A stretch of DNA of 64,000 bases from positions 310,001 through 374,000 of the forward strand of contig JAQGDQ010000177.1 in assembly GCA_030141605.1 (NCBI GenBank), given 5' to 3'. The translations under genes were made by a program, and so were the position numbers. This stretch comes from Tubiluchus corallicola (lineage: Eukaryota > Animalia > Priapulida). Shown here piece by piece: positions 39,681-62,222 of the stretch. Below the pieces are notes generated by a model. That model saw only the letters and a program-made list of their open reading frames with translations. It had not been told where the DNA came from and ran no database searches. Positions within the stretch are counted from its first letter, which is position 1; every line of letters starts with the position of its first letter.

Positions 39681-41389
39681 CAGGAAGAAAATTGTTGTGT
39701 CAACTTGATAACTTCTTTTTTGTTTCATGAATCGGTTTGAATCTACTGTGCAATGTGGCAAAGTAGGAATCATAGAATATCATTTTGGGGTCGCGAGGTG
39801 TTTCCCTTTATGGGAAAGACTGCTCTCTTGTTATAAAATGTCAGAGAACATCTTGCTTTAAATTAAAAGATTGTTTTAAATGCTTTACATTTAAACGTAT
39901 TCGTTTGACTTCTTCGATCATTGTGTGGTGGATATCGTGATATGGTGTCAGAAGTGGGATGCGAACTTCCGCCCACATTTCTAAACCGAGCAGTGATTAT
40001 TATCAAACCACAATGCAGACATTAACTAAAAAAGAAATCCCGATGCATTTGAGATATTCCACAGAATATTCAAGACGGCTTCTTAACACCTAACCGAATG
40101 TCTAACGTGCCTAAAGAGAATGCTTCAGCCATAGAAACATTTACTACATGTACAATGACAATAGGATTAGATTTGTAACTAGTGAATTATAGTCCTTGCT
40201 GTTTTAATCTTTGTATGTGCACAAAGTGTATGTGTATTTGTATGCGATGACTATAATATATTTTTCGGCATCAAGGTAAACAGTTGATGCGCGACGACTG
40301 TGATCACTGTTAAGAGCTTCTCTGGTGGAAATTAGCACAAATAAAGCAATATAAGCAGTTTCATACGTACTGAAAAATGAGAAGTAACTATTTTAGTTTT
40401 TAGTCATATTTCTCACTCTGTGAGTCATGATTGTCATTATTACCCTCTATGCAGGCATGCTGTACAAATTATTATCAGCATTTTCAAGCCTAGCGTTTAT
40501 TAACACAAAAATGTTTGCCTCACTAGCCAACATTTGCAAAGGTCACATATTGGAGAAGACCCACTGGTCACGGAGAAACTGGCGTTTACATTTGCCCTTC
40601 CCCTTTTTTCGGCTTGTCATATCTGACGCAAGAGGTAAAGTTTAAGGTGTGATTGCTGCCACTAAACTGTGAACAAAGAAGATCTAACCAACGGTTTCAT
40701 TATATGCGTGTATAGGGTCTTCAGAAAAAAGACTACTTAGATTTTATCACCTCAGGTGGTATCTGTATATATATATATGGCAAATAAATAAATAAATATA
40801 TATATATATATATATTTATTTATTTATTTGCCGTAAAAGTGTACATTATACAATGTGAAATATTATTCAGTGATTGCCTGGGTTACACTGATAATAGGCA
40901 AATGCATCTGGCGCAAAAAATTAAAACTAAGAGTGCAGTAGGGGTGCAAAAAGAGACAAGTAATAAAGGAAAAAATTATATTAGCTACAGCAAAATACTC
41001 CTATCTAAAAAAATAAAGCACACTTTTACAAAAACAATCTCATACAAAATAATGCATATCATAGAGGTAATATACACACGTCTCTTGACCATAGACACGA
41101 AACCACCTCGCCGTACAATTAAACATTCGAACAGTACAATAATGTGTATTTGGCCTGGTTCAGCTATAACAGCCTAACGGATATTAAATGTGACGTAATC
41201 TACACTAACAATATGTTCTTTGGTCTCTTGAGGATCTACATTGCGACCAGAGGTCCGTTGCGCATTGAATCAAGGACAAAAGTTTTAATTACGGTACGCA
41301 TGCGCCTGTAATTTGTGCTAACAATTGTATTGATCACTTAAAGTCTTACTGTGTTTTTAGTACAAGAAACAGAATTTTATTTATTTCTA

Positions 41390-41860
41390 TTTGAGTCTGT
41401 TGAACCTTTTTTTTTGCACTGCCCATTGTATCAACAAACTAGGGTTGTTATGTTTGATAAATTAAATGAAATACTTCTGCCCGAAAACCTTAATATAGCT
41501 GCCTTAGGAACTAATGATCTGTTGAAGTTGTTATTATTCGGGAAAGATGAATTTAAGTATGTTGCTAACTGTAAAATATTCCAATGCATACATGACTTTA
41601 TATTACGTACTAAACGCTTCCAGTAGTTTCTATCTGATATGAAATGCATCATTCTTAAATATTCGTACATTAATATTTTCTAACCGTCATTTTCTACTAA
41701 TGTCTAATGTAATCTTGTAGTAAACCTTGTCAGCTTGTGTAGAGTTATAGTCTATTCTTACTGTAAATGTTTTTGTAAATAGTGTATAAAGTCTGTTGTG
41801 GTGAAGATCCTAAATCATGTTGTTCAACCTGTCTGATCCAATTCTATAATAAATTCTGTT
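41390..41860 (+). mobile_element. CR1/L2-group LINE 3' end
   Basis: ESVEPFFLHCPLY..R..LLLFG...NCKIF..IHDFILRTKRF*, a typical ORF2 C-terminus; AATAAA near 41848. Confidence 0.85.
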
Positions 41861-42165
41861 TAAACTAATAGAATTTTAAATAGCGGTATGATTTTATCTA
41901 GCAAAACTGACAGAGAAAAGTCGATGTAAGTCATTGTACTCCCAATACTGGAACTCCTTACTAACATTTTCATTTATTATTTAAACTAACCAGTTGCTGT
42001 TCTTCTTAAGTTTTTGTCTTGCGTATATAGTTTTATAATCTATAAAACTATTTTTGTTTGTTTTTATATAGTACTTTATGTATTGATCTACATCTACAAT
42101 AATATAAAATTAAATTAAATTAAATAAATAAATACATAATTATAGATTCACAGATTCACAATTAC

Positions 42166-42336
<171 letters not shown>

Positions 42337-45300
42337 AGGCTATTTATTGTCATATTAGCATAATACATACAATGAAATTTATGTGCATGTATGTACTGTA
42401 TGTATGTATGTACGTTTTTTACGTGCTGCAATAACTTATAGAAACAACAAGGAGATTAACACAAATAATTTAATCAGTTGTACAGTGACATAAAGAATTA
42501 ATATTGGAGATTTACTGAAATTTACCGTTGAAGGTGCGAACTGCAACGGGATAGAAAGAATTTAAAGTTCTTGTGGTTTTAGCGTTAATTGAGCGGAATC
42601 TACGACCAGAGGGGAGCATTTCAATATATTTATTACCTGGATGAAATTCATCTTTCATGTTAACTTGCGTACAGGTAAACTTTCGTCATTTTTACGTTTA
42701 ACACAAAAGGATAATTATTTCTTCTGAATGCTTTTATTATCAATTTCAAATATTAGCACTAGCACCGTGTTAGGTTTCAATGAGTTATGCTCCCTGGAGG
42801 CACAGAACGTGTTGATGTCTCACTTACTCCCATTATCGCCTCTTCCGGTCGTAAATACGGGTCATTTATGGGTACATAACCATCCCCAGCGTACTGTAAG
42901 TCCATCTAACTAGTGGTCATTTCACGCACGCTGTATAATAAACTGGTCACAAAGCGTGTAAGTTTGTCGAGCTCTTATTCACAAGACATTATTAATATTC
43001 CCAGCATGTTGATGAGACGAAGCCATCCAGCGACTGACAGACTCAAGCTGGAGAAAATGGTCAATTGTAGACAACGGTGGTCTTTTTGTGAAAGATCATC
43101 ATCATCTTCGTCGTCGTTGTCGTCGTCGTCATCATGATCATCATCATCATCATCATCATCATTATGATCCTGAGCACAATATAAGTTCTCTAGCTCAATT
43201 TTAATAACTGTATCTGTGCTTTGTTGCAAAAATCATAGATTGAGATTATATATATATTTGTGATGTAAAAGTAATGGTTTATCTAAGAAATTATAAATTA
43301 TAAGTTATAAATTAAGTGAGTTGAAATAGAAATTGAATTGAAATTATCTGCAGCATAGTCATAATAAGCACTCGTCTCATCTTCATCATTGTCGTCATTG
43401 CCGGAGTCATAATCATCATCTTGTATCATACAAGGTTACTTCATCATCACTACCTCATAACATCATTATCATTCTAGGAGTGTGTAGTTCTCATGTTTAT
43501 CACTTCTTGTAAACTTTGTTGTTGTCATTACTGTACTCGACGTCACTGTCGACATCTTTGTCACTTTATAATTGTCGTCGTTGTCGTTTTGCTGCTGGCG
43601 GTAATGAACTTTTTTCTTCTTTTTGTAGTACACACATGTTTCGCAAATTTTAATTTCTTATTGTACATTTGTTTTATGAACCTCGTTTTCGAAATGAAAA
43701 AACTTACTTGCTCAATTGTGTTTTTGTTTTTCCACACATGTGTTTACTATTTATTGATTTTTTTACGATGGGTGGTCCTTTACACAATTTCTTAAAATAG
43801 TGACAAATGAATTTTTTGATCGGTAGCTGTTCATACGAATTGATCATTTGCGTCTTCCACGCAGGTATAGTCTGTCCCTTTTTATTGATTTTTTTTCAGA
43901 AGATGACGTTGGTTTCCATCAGTTTTCGTTATCATGGTAGTGGCAGTGCAATTGTTCATGAAGGGTTAGCAGTGATCTAGCCGCATGAATGCCTGACCCC
44001 TACGCAAAGGCTCCAGCCACTGTAGTACTGAAGGATTATAGTTCAAAGGTTCTATTGTTGAAAACCAACCGCAGCTCACAATAATTTCACCTGGTTCCTG
44101 GCGGTGTTCAAGTTTCGTCAGTGCTTGGTTTTTTCCGTTGCAGTGAAATGTGAAATTAAATGGCGGCGCCGAGAAAGATTTTCAAAATTCGGGTACGTTT
44201 CTGTTTGCCTAACACACGCGATCCGAAATTCGTCTGAATCTGTGAGTGCAGATACATTAAGCTTTCTTTAATCATGTGTTTGTTATGTCGGGTATATAAT
44301 CATTTCAGGGAAATTATTTCTATGAAAGCAATACAATCTATGCTGTGATCTTTTTATATTGTAGCACTTATATTGATTGCACAACCTATTTCAGCGGTAT
44401 AATGTTTGTAAGTATGCGCAGCTCCAATACTGTACAAATAAACAGGCACGCCATGTCATTATAATAGGGTCTTATAAATGCAATCGGGCAATGAATTTTA
44501 TAGGACGGTTGGTGAGGGTTTAGCCAATCAACGTGTGACGTCTTCATTTTTAAGGTAGGATGTTTAGTGGACGCCCTGCGAACTCATCAGCCGTCTTGGA
44601 AGCGCTACTTTTAGATTGAAAGCACAATTTTAGAAGGTAAAGAGATCAGGAAGCCAGTATGTTAATCATAACTCTGACGATAGATTTAACGTATAGGTTT
44701 TCTCGTTGCTTATTCTGGGTAACTTATGGTCGTTTTGGATCTAACAAATGGTCAAAGAGGATTGGGAATTTAAATGAGATTTGGAATCTATCACTTATTT
44801 ACATCAAATTAAACAGAAAGGATAGCGCTCATTCCTTAGAAGACTTTGAGTGTGATAAGAGTAAAAAAGAAACTAAACAACAACTGATAACTGAATACAG
44901 CACAGTTTTAGTAACATATTTTTTGTAATTGAATGAGATATTATTTTAATCACAAGGAAAAGTTATTAATGACAACAGCAGAAGATTAATAAAAATTTCT
45001 TAAAAAAACTGCATTATGATATGCATTACTATATAGAAAACATGATAATGAGTATGCTATTTTCAGGCGCAAACAAAAAAGAAAGAAAATAGATTTTTTT
45101 ATTGTAAGTTTTATTAAATGCCATTTTTTCTGTTTGTTTTCAGAACGAATTACAATTTGTTTTCAATTACCAAGGTCTAGTGTTTTTAGACTTTACATCT
45201 CATGTCAAAGTTTTTTGTTTAAATATCTGCTTTTTAAAAATTTACTTTTGTAAAGTTTACAAAATTACAAGTTTTACAAAGTTTTATATTTCTGCAACAT

Positions 45301-46354
45301 TTAATTGGCCTTAAAAAGGTTAAAGCGGAAGCGGAGACAGTCAAATCCCAGTACGCTTGGGTAGACGCACACGCATTTCAGATGATTCTCGAATTGCATA
45401 AAATTTTAAAATTCAATATTAGTCTCGACGGAATTTGCTATAGGCCACCTCTTTTCAAGGGACCTCTAAACTAACGTTGCAAATTCAATAACTGTAATTC
45501 GCCAATTTTGCTTAGGTGATGTTTGGACGTTAACACGAATCAATGGCTCTGTTCTTGTTCAAAGAAGTCTACAGATAATCTACGAAACAAAATATGTATT
45601 TGCAGTTTTTAAGTAAAGTAACAAGAAACTTATTTATAGTTAAGAATAGTGAAAAGATGATGTTAACGATGATAACGACGTAGTGTTTTGTACTGCATGT
45701 CAAAAGCCACTGGCATATCAATGTGTAGTTTTTTACTAGATTACGGGTTTGTTTACCTGCCTTGGAGTGCAGATTTCCTTTTAGAGTTCTGCCTCCCCAA
45801 TGCTTACAACAGACGAGATGGGTATATAGCTAGACAATTACACTTTTTTTCTACAAATAGTGACATAATAATGGGATGAAAATACATTTTTATCAAATTT
45901 CTGTATCAAATTTATCAAAAAGTCCGAAATGTAAATAAAGGTATATAACGTGGGCCTATTTTAGGTATTTCAGGTGAAAAACAGGCCACTGCTAAACTCA
46001 GGTTTATTATGTATCTGATAAACTTTTGGCAGGAGTTTAAAACATTTGGTAGGAGTAATTTTTGTCGTTTTAACGAAAGCGAGTTGGTCATTGCACTTAT
46101 TGCTGCGAAATTGCAATATGGGCAAGAACCCACAAAAGAGATTTTAAAAACTCCATAATCCATGTATCAGGAGGGTCGATCACGGAGAAAATCTGCTCTC
46201 ATCTCATTTCATTTCAATAAGTACGGATTCCCCTGAGTGAACGCTGAAACACTATGCTGGGATCATTTTAAATCGTTCATAAATTTGTCTAATACTGTTA
46301 CTGACCAAAATTCGAACTGAATCTCGTAATCACTCTAACTGTTCTTTCTGTTAA

Positions 46355-47030
46355 AGGACAAGAAAAGGGGTACCTAAAGTAGGTTTCAGAAAAATTGTCT
46401 TAAAAATTATATTCCTTTACGGCAATTTTATGCGTATATCGTGCTCGTGTTGATAAGACTTTTTGTTTGTCTTCATTTTAAATCTCCCGCAACACTGTAA
46501 AGACCACGCCATTACATGACGTCATATACGCACAACGTAAATCGGGAAAGGACAGGAAATGTTAAACTATGTTAAACCTGAAAAACTTCCCATGTTACTT
46601 AGCATTTTGCTTACCAGCTTGAAAGGCTTATGTAAGTAGAAAAGAAATTATTAATTATTTAAAATGCTTTCACCAATTGGCAAAATGTTGCTGATTCCAG
46701 TCCAGGGTGCACCACTCACTAACCAAAAACGTATTTTTGATCTTATTGACAAGATGCAGTAATTTAAAATTTTACTTAGTGACGTGTGCACTACGAATAT
46801 TCTGATTATTTTTTCAAACTTTACACAATGTTACCTAAACTTTTTTCAAATCACTTATTGCTAAAATGGATGCGTCTAACGGTCATCGCCGGGAATTTAA
46901 ATTTACACAATATGTTTTATACAAAGTTAACGCCGACGCAAGTCCTGTATACAAAAAGGCAGTATGTAAGTGGTATTAAATTTTAAACGAACTTTTTAAG
47001 CTTTGTGTAAGAGGTGGGCTTTTTTGGGCT
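46355..47030 (+). mobile_element. Kolobok-type MITE family A, full copy 3
   Basis: TTAA|AGGACAAGAAAAGGGG ... TTTTTTGGGCT|TTAA with TTAA on both sides. Confidence 0.88.
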
Positions 47031-47049
47031 TTAATTCCGCATTTTTTTA

Positions 47050-47653
47050 ACTCTTGCGTTCCGAGCATTATTTAATAATGTTCCCCAGTACATATGTGAA
47101 CTTTTTACGCCATTTATCTTACAGTTTAAGATCAAACGCAGGACCTTTACTGTACCAACCTGTGTATAAACTTAGCTTAGTTCAAAACCATTGTTTTAGG
47201 TCTTATGGCCCCAGTCTCTGGAATGCTCTTCCGTGTGATATCTTCCAAGTCTTGCGGCAATTTTGAAAAGTTTGGACACCTTTTAAAGACGCATTTAATT
47301 ATGCAAACATGCAATTGAACATATATTTAGGATCTATGAGCAAACTGTATTTTATTCTCATTAATGACTGAAATACTCAGTTTAATGTGATTTTTATATT
47401 TCAAAGTGCAATCTGGTGTAGCGTGAATTGTTTTTTCCTAAAGGCTTCACAAATCATTTTATAATAGAATAAGTTTTTTCTATATTTTTATTTTAATTTT
47501 ACTAATTTTTTTGTGACATCTCGTGTTATTTAGCTGTTTTAAATTGTTATTTTGATATTACTTTTACGTATTTACTTTTTTCTGTACAGCGTTCAAGTAC
47601 ATGTTTGTATGTATTTTACGCTACACAGAAATAAATAAACTTAAATTTAAACT
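47050..47653 (+). mobile_element. L2/Crack-like LINE 3' end
   Basis: YSLRSN..LL.QP...CFRSYGPSLWNALP motif; AATAAA plus (AAACTT)-like tail. Confidence 0.75.
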
Positions 47654-50600
47654 TGTGCTATTTTTGTTGCTGAAACTAGGAATTATTTTTCCCCTACGAT
47701 ATCTAACGGAAGTTTTATCCCTAACAGACTGTAGTTTGTTCCCCAAGTTTATTATACTTTCCCGCCAAAGGCAATGATGTCTTTCTTACGGAATTTCCAA
47801 ACGTACCTGCCATTAATATAAACAGACTAAACTGTCAGGGAAGCCTTGACTTTCCTGCAATCATTTACTTCTTATCTGCAAGCGTTCTCATTTACATACT
47901 GCAGGAAACAGAGTTTCAAGGAGATTTCCATTCGATTTCTGGAGCTGTTTTTTTCGTGAAACAAAAAGCACAGCCCATCAATCACTTGTGTATTTGTTAG
48001 CGACTTCCCTGGCTGATGGTGCACCGTGTTCTAGCTATTAGCTTAGTGAATGGCTTACTAGAATCAGGTCGATTTCACGATGAGTGGGTTTTGCTCGCGC
48101 GCTCATGTAAAAAGCCTTTGATCTTTTAATTATCGTGGCCTGGCAAATAACATTTAAATTTTTAATTAGCTGCTGTGTTAAACGCCTGCTTTCAAACCAA
48201 GCTAGATCTGTTGAATGTGGAGTAAAAATACAGGTTTGAAACTCTTTTTTGGGATAAAGAAAGGAGGAGCGTTCACATTTCACAAACAGATAGAAAAGGA
48301 CGCAATCAAGGTTCTTGATCGCAGTGCAGGAATTAATTCCCAAAATTAATATTTGAGATTAGCAGCGGTGCCTGGAACACAAAAAGCAGAGAAATAAAAG
48401 GATTATTGGTTTTATTATGCTGATAATTTAAATACTTGTCTTTAAGGACAACACTTATGTTTAATCATCAGTGCTTTATAGTTATCAGCTCTTGGAAATA
48501 ACGGGTCTAATGGTCAGCAACGAATGCGTACGCTTCTTGCCCCTGGATCTACAGTTCTTAAATACCGGTCAGAAGCAACCACATGACCCGCTTACACACT
48601 GCTGATTGGTTCATTGTTTCGCTAGAGCAGGCTGGTCACGTTTACAGAACTAAATAGGCGTTATACTGAATCACGCGTTCGAGATCAGGTCTGTTAGCTC
48701 CTGATTGGATGTTGGCGTATTGTTTTCGCATCCAGGCACCCTTCATGAATACTTCCATGTATGCACCCGGGTTTACCCTTTACATCATACGTAAAATCAC
48801 AGTTTCTATTTTGTAACTATTGGTTTTAATTTTGCACTAATTAGTTATTGGTGAAATTTGCCGATGCCATAGTATAATAAATTTAGCGTCTTTGAGAGTC
48901 AAAATGCAGCTATGTGAAAACACAGAACGCTTGGTGACCACCACGGAGACTAGGTGACAGAATGTCTAGCATTTGATCACAAGAATGCCCGATACCACTG
49001 TTATGGCAAAAGATAGCGAAAAATAATGTGTGATTAGCAAACAAAGTTAAACAGTGCTAAGCCTTGTTAGTAAATATGTGGACGACCACCGTCTCACATA
49101 TATTGGCTTTTGGGTGCAGGTATTTGTAGTTTACACACCTCTGTCGGTTTGTGAATGACTTTCTTGTTCCGGTACCGTCACAACTTTTAACATAACGAGT
49201 ACCTAGGCCATGCAGTTGTGTGCTAGATCCTAGGTCTGCATTATGAAGAAAGATTAGAAAACATTTGCTTCATTTGATATTGTCTAAGCATCTGTAGCAT
49301 ATACATGCATACATGCACATGACTGTAATTTGGAATCCCAGAAAGTAAACTGTAAAAATAGTTTTACTGATGCACCATTAATTTACTCAAGTTTAACTGA
49401 CATTAATTTACTCAAGTTTAACTGAAATTAATCATCGATTTTATCATTAATGTTCGTTTTCGTTAATGTCTGCTATTTTGTTTCTGTTGTTACAAGCAAG
49501 TTTATGTATGAGTATGTCACTTCGTGGCACTGCAGTAAACAAATTAAAAGTTTTTCATAAATTGTTACACCTGTTCTGTCATTTCAATCCAAACTAAGAG
49601 CACACCTGACGTTTAGCAGACGATGGTAACTTGAAAAAGTTTCACAGAGTTTGGTATGTCCAGGAGAATTTGCAAATTTGCAGGCAATTGCGTCCAACCA
49701 CCACACATGTATGGTTTATGTTAGAGTATAATTATGGCGTTTAACTGCTTATTCATTGGCAGTGTTTTCTGTTTAACAGTTTTAAACAGTTTGTTGGTTG
49801 AAACTTTTCAAAATTAAGACTTTGACCATAAATGTCAAGTTAGAAGCTCCCGGGTCAAGGTCAAAGTTTTAGGTTTTAACACAAGATAGAAGTATACAAA
49901 GAGGCGGGTGCTCTTACTAGCGTCTGAGTACCACTTGTTCACAGTAAGGTCTTTATAACCATTCAAGAATATAGAAATATGAAGAACAAGGTCTGAGGTC
50001 AAAGGTCAAAGTCAAAGGTTAAAGTTGGGAAATCACCATTAGCATCAATTCATTATCATTGTCATCACCACCACCATTGTCATCAGCATTAATATTATAT
50101 CATCATTATCATCATCATCATCATCAACATCGTCATTATCGTTTTCTGTCATCCGTTTGCTTCGCTCCATTTAACGTACTTTTTGTTGTTTATGTCATTA
50201 ATTTAGTCTTATCCATGTTGAGCTTAGCTCATAAGTTAATTTCTTCTGCTACGCTCATCGCAATGCAATGCATTGTTAATTTGTAACTGTATAATTTGTA
50301 TTTTTGAACTGTGCTAAATGGATGAATAAATAAATCTAGAATTTAAAAGCTGTGTATTCATACTTGACGAGCCTGCCTGTCACCTCATTTGCATTTTGTA
50401 CTTTGACTTGATCAAATCTATCAAGCAATTTTTAGGACCAGCTAAGGTTCTTATAAAAAATCGCAAACATAGCAAAGATTATCATAAACGTTTCTACAGC
50501 AAGTTTTGCTTGGCGTGGCGGAAAACACAATTTTGACGTCTCCCTGTTTTACTACACACTGTCAATTCCCGGGTCATTAGCACGAGAACATGATCATCAT

Positions 50601-51191
50601 TAATCAGACAATGCACAACTTCGCCGTGATAAATTATTTTCATTATCTTCCGTTCTCTCTGCTTGGCGCTAGAAGCCAAGTGGATTTTAACACTCCTTGT
50701 TAATTTGATCTGCTTGCATTAACTTGTGTCTTAGATGGCCAGTAATTTATCAAGTGCTCAATTGATTTCTGTCTGCCAGCGCCCGGATGCAGAACCCGGG
50801 TACTCAGAGTGTGTGGTCGTAGACAAGTCAACAAAGTTTAACACAAAGGACAAATAAGTGTCTTTCTACTCACACATTTGAAACAAATGCTGCCGCCAAT
50901 TGCAATGTGCAAATTTGCTTGTATTTCTGGGAATTTATTTGTTTAGTGAGGTGACCTGTTAGTACAGTGCTGGGCTTTAGTTATGGTCTCATCAGGTTTC
51001 TGTAACGTTGATGCAACTAGGTCATGATCAATTGTATCTCGCTTTACAAATGAAATTATATAACTTATTACTCCTAGTCCTGGAATGATGTGTGCTTTTG
51101 CCATAGACTACTACAGCACGACGACTGCATGAATGGAAGACTTGGCTGATCATCAGTTGATACATGGCTTTAATTTTCCAAAAATGGTTCA

Positions 51192-51312
51192 AGCAGCAGC
51201 AGCAGTAGCAACAACAATAACAACAACAACAAAACAACGACGACGACGACGACAACAACAACAACAACAGACAAAAGAAACGACAACAACAACAACAACA
51301 ACAACAACAACA
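51192..51312. repeat. (CAG/CAA/CGA)n microsatellite
   Basis: Visible trinucleotide run. Confidence 0.93.
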
Positions 51313-51799
51313 CAAACCCCAAACGCAATGAGCATTAGCAACAAAATGCCTTATAATCCACGAAAAACAACTACGGAATTATTCGTCTTCCATCTTCTAA
51401 ACGTAAATAAAAAAAGAAAGTTCTAGTCTGCTTATCATAGCTTAGCGAGTTAAACTGGCTTCTTTCCTTCTGTTTGTGCACAGAAGAAGTGCCTCGTTTA
51501 GCCTGAAGCCCCGGGGATTTAACTTGTATGTTGTATCCATTATAAGCCCGAATGAAAGTGGTTATTTGTCTGTGCTGCATATCATTCCTGCAGAGGATAA
51601 AGATTCGGCAATTCGCATTCAGTTGCCGTATGATTAGTCAATAGAACAAACTGGACACAAACTGGATACACGTTGAAGCGAATCTTTGAAACCGTTCAAA
51701 TAATTGAGGTTCGTCCAAACTGTCGTGTTGGAAGTCTGCTGGTGCGTAACTGAAAACGTCGAGTTTAGGTTTCTTTGACACCGCTTGAATGGAAGAACG

Positions 51800-51978
51800 G
51801 AGAGCGCGAGGGAGAAGAAGGGGAGAATGAATGAAAGGAAAAGGTGAGAAAAGGTGAGAGAGGAAAAGGAAAAAAGAGAAAGATGGAGGAGAAACGTCGG
51901 GGGAATGATGAGATGGAGAGAGAAGGGGAATAAGGAGAGAAAATGATTGAGAGTGAGAAGCAGAGAGGGATAAAGAGA

Positions 51979-52039
<61 letters not shown>

Positions 52040-52072
52040 CAGAGGGAGAGAGACAGGGAGAAAGAAAGAAGC
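51800..52072. repeat. GA-rich polypurine tract with (GA)n
   Basis: Almost purely purine on the plus strand, just downstream of the annexin poly(A) signal. Confidence 0.9.
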
Positions 52073-52269
52073 AAGATGTCTGAGTATGTGGGAAAACAAG
52101 AGAATAAGAACATTAAAGTTTGGAAGTTCGTAATTTTTCTTTGTTTTCCAAGTTTAACTTTTAAATCATTGAAGTTATTTAATCTGTGAAATACGTTTGC
52201 TTTGAGCAAACGGACGGCTCAGATGGCGATGCAAATTAAACAAGTGCATTTATAGAGAAACACAAACTT

Positions 52270-52275
52270 TTTATT
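52270..52275 (-). terminator. Candidate annexin polyadenylation signal AATAAA
   Basis: TTTATT on the plus strand, about 280 nt downstream of the stop codon. Confidence 0.55.
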
Positions 52276-52551
52276 GCGTTTACAACTTGTTATTAACATT
52301 GTGTGCAATAATGATATCTTATCATAACGTTTTAACAATGTATCTTCAAATATCAAAATACTCTACATGCACTTATGTGTAGATAAAGTGTATGTAATGT
52401 ACATGCTATGTAAAATTAAGGAAACATATTACTTTCCCACTCTTACAGCTAATGCTATGAGTAGTTGCGGAACACAAAAAATGTAATTATGTTGGCAGTC
52501 ATATCATAAGGCGTGAAGTATTTTTCGTATAAGGTAGCTTCCACTGTGCAA

Positions 52552-61470
<8,919 letters not shown>

Positions 61471-61892
61471 TCTTATCACCTTCCAGTAGCGTTTGCCGTT
61501 TTCAAGAAGTTCAACTCACGAACACGAACTGCTGAAATCAAAATGCGGTACAGAAAGCTGCTACAAAACGTCTAAAAGCGACAGTAATATTTGATTGATT
61601 CGTGCAAATTTGTACATTTCAAATTTCAAGTTTTAGATGTCCAGTTTTCTGGCTGCTGTCTATAGTGCGTGTGTCATTTGATGTTACTTGTAAGCCCAGA
61701 AGTCACAACCGCGCAGTTGTAAGGCACGCGGTAATGCGTGTATTAAATGGTAACTAAGGACTCCCGTAGAACAGAAATGAACAATTGATAATGATAATAA
61801 TCTTTATTTAAAGTCGGCTTTGGGTCAACAATTAACAACCTACAACTACATAACAGAGACGACAACTAGTGACGAAACGGGCGGCCTTTTAA

Positions 61893-62222
61893 AGGTCCAT
61901 ACAATCACAACAGACATTGAAGTTTTTTAACGCATTATTATGATTATACAAATAATTCAATAATTATTATTAATCAAAAGAAACATATAAGTTGAGTAAC
62001 TTACCTTTTTCTGGCAAATCTAGAACGCGTACATTGCCGTAAAGATCGCCATGTTTCGCGCCTTTGGCGTGAGTGAACGAGAATGACGTACGTAGTATAG
62101 AAAGCGTCTCTGGTTACCGATGTTTGGTAATTGATCTTTGGTGACCTCGTGGCAGTACTCATTACGTCATTCGTCTCGTGCAACGAAAAATGGCGGTTCT
62201 TCAAATTTGACACGCTAACAAA
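61893..62222. mobile_element. TTAA-AGG (Kolobok-type) element family B, copy 2
   Basis: Same orientation and internal sequence as 58481-58815 (for example AAAGATCGCCATGTTTCGCGC and GGCGGTTCTTCAAATTT). Confidence 0.7.

Noticed and set aside
45790-46215. Possible RT remnant (KGI*RGPILG)
   Set aside because: Too degraded to assign by eye.
51371-51580. 69-aa minus-strand ORF after a good acceptor, faintly beta-trefoil-like
   Set aside because: No convincing conserved motif and no partner exons.
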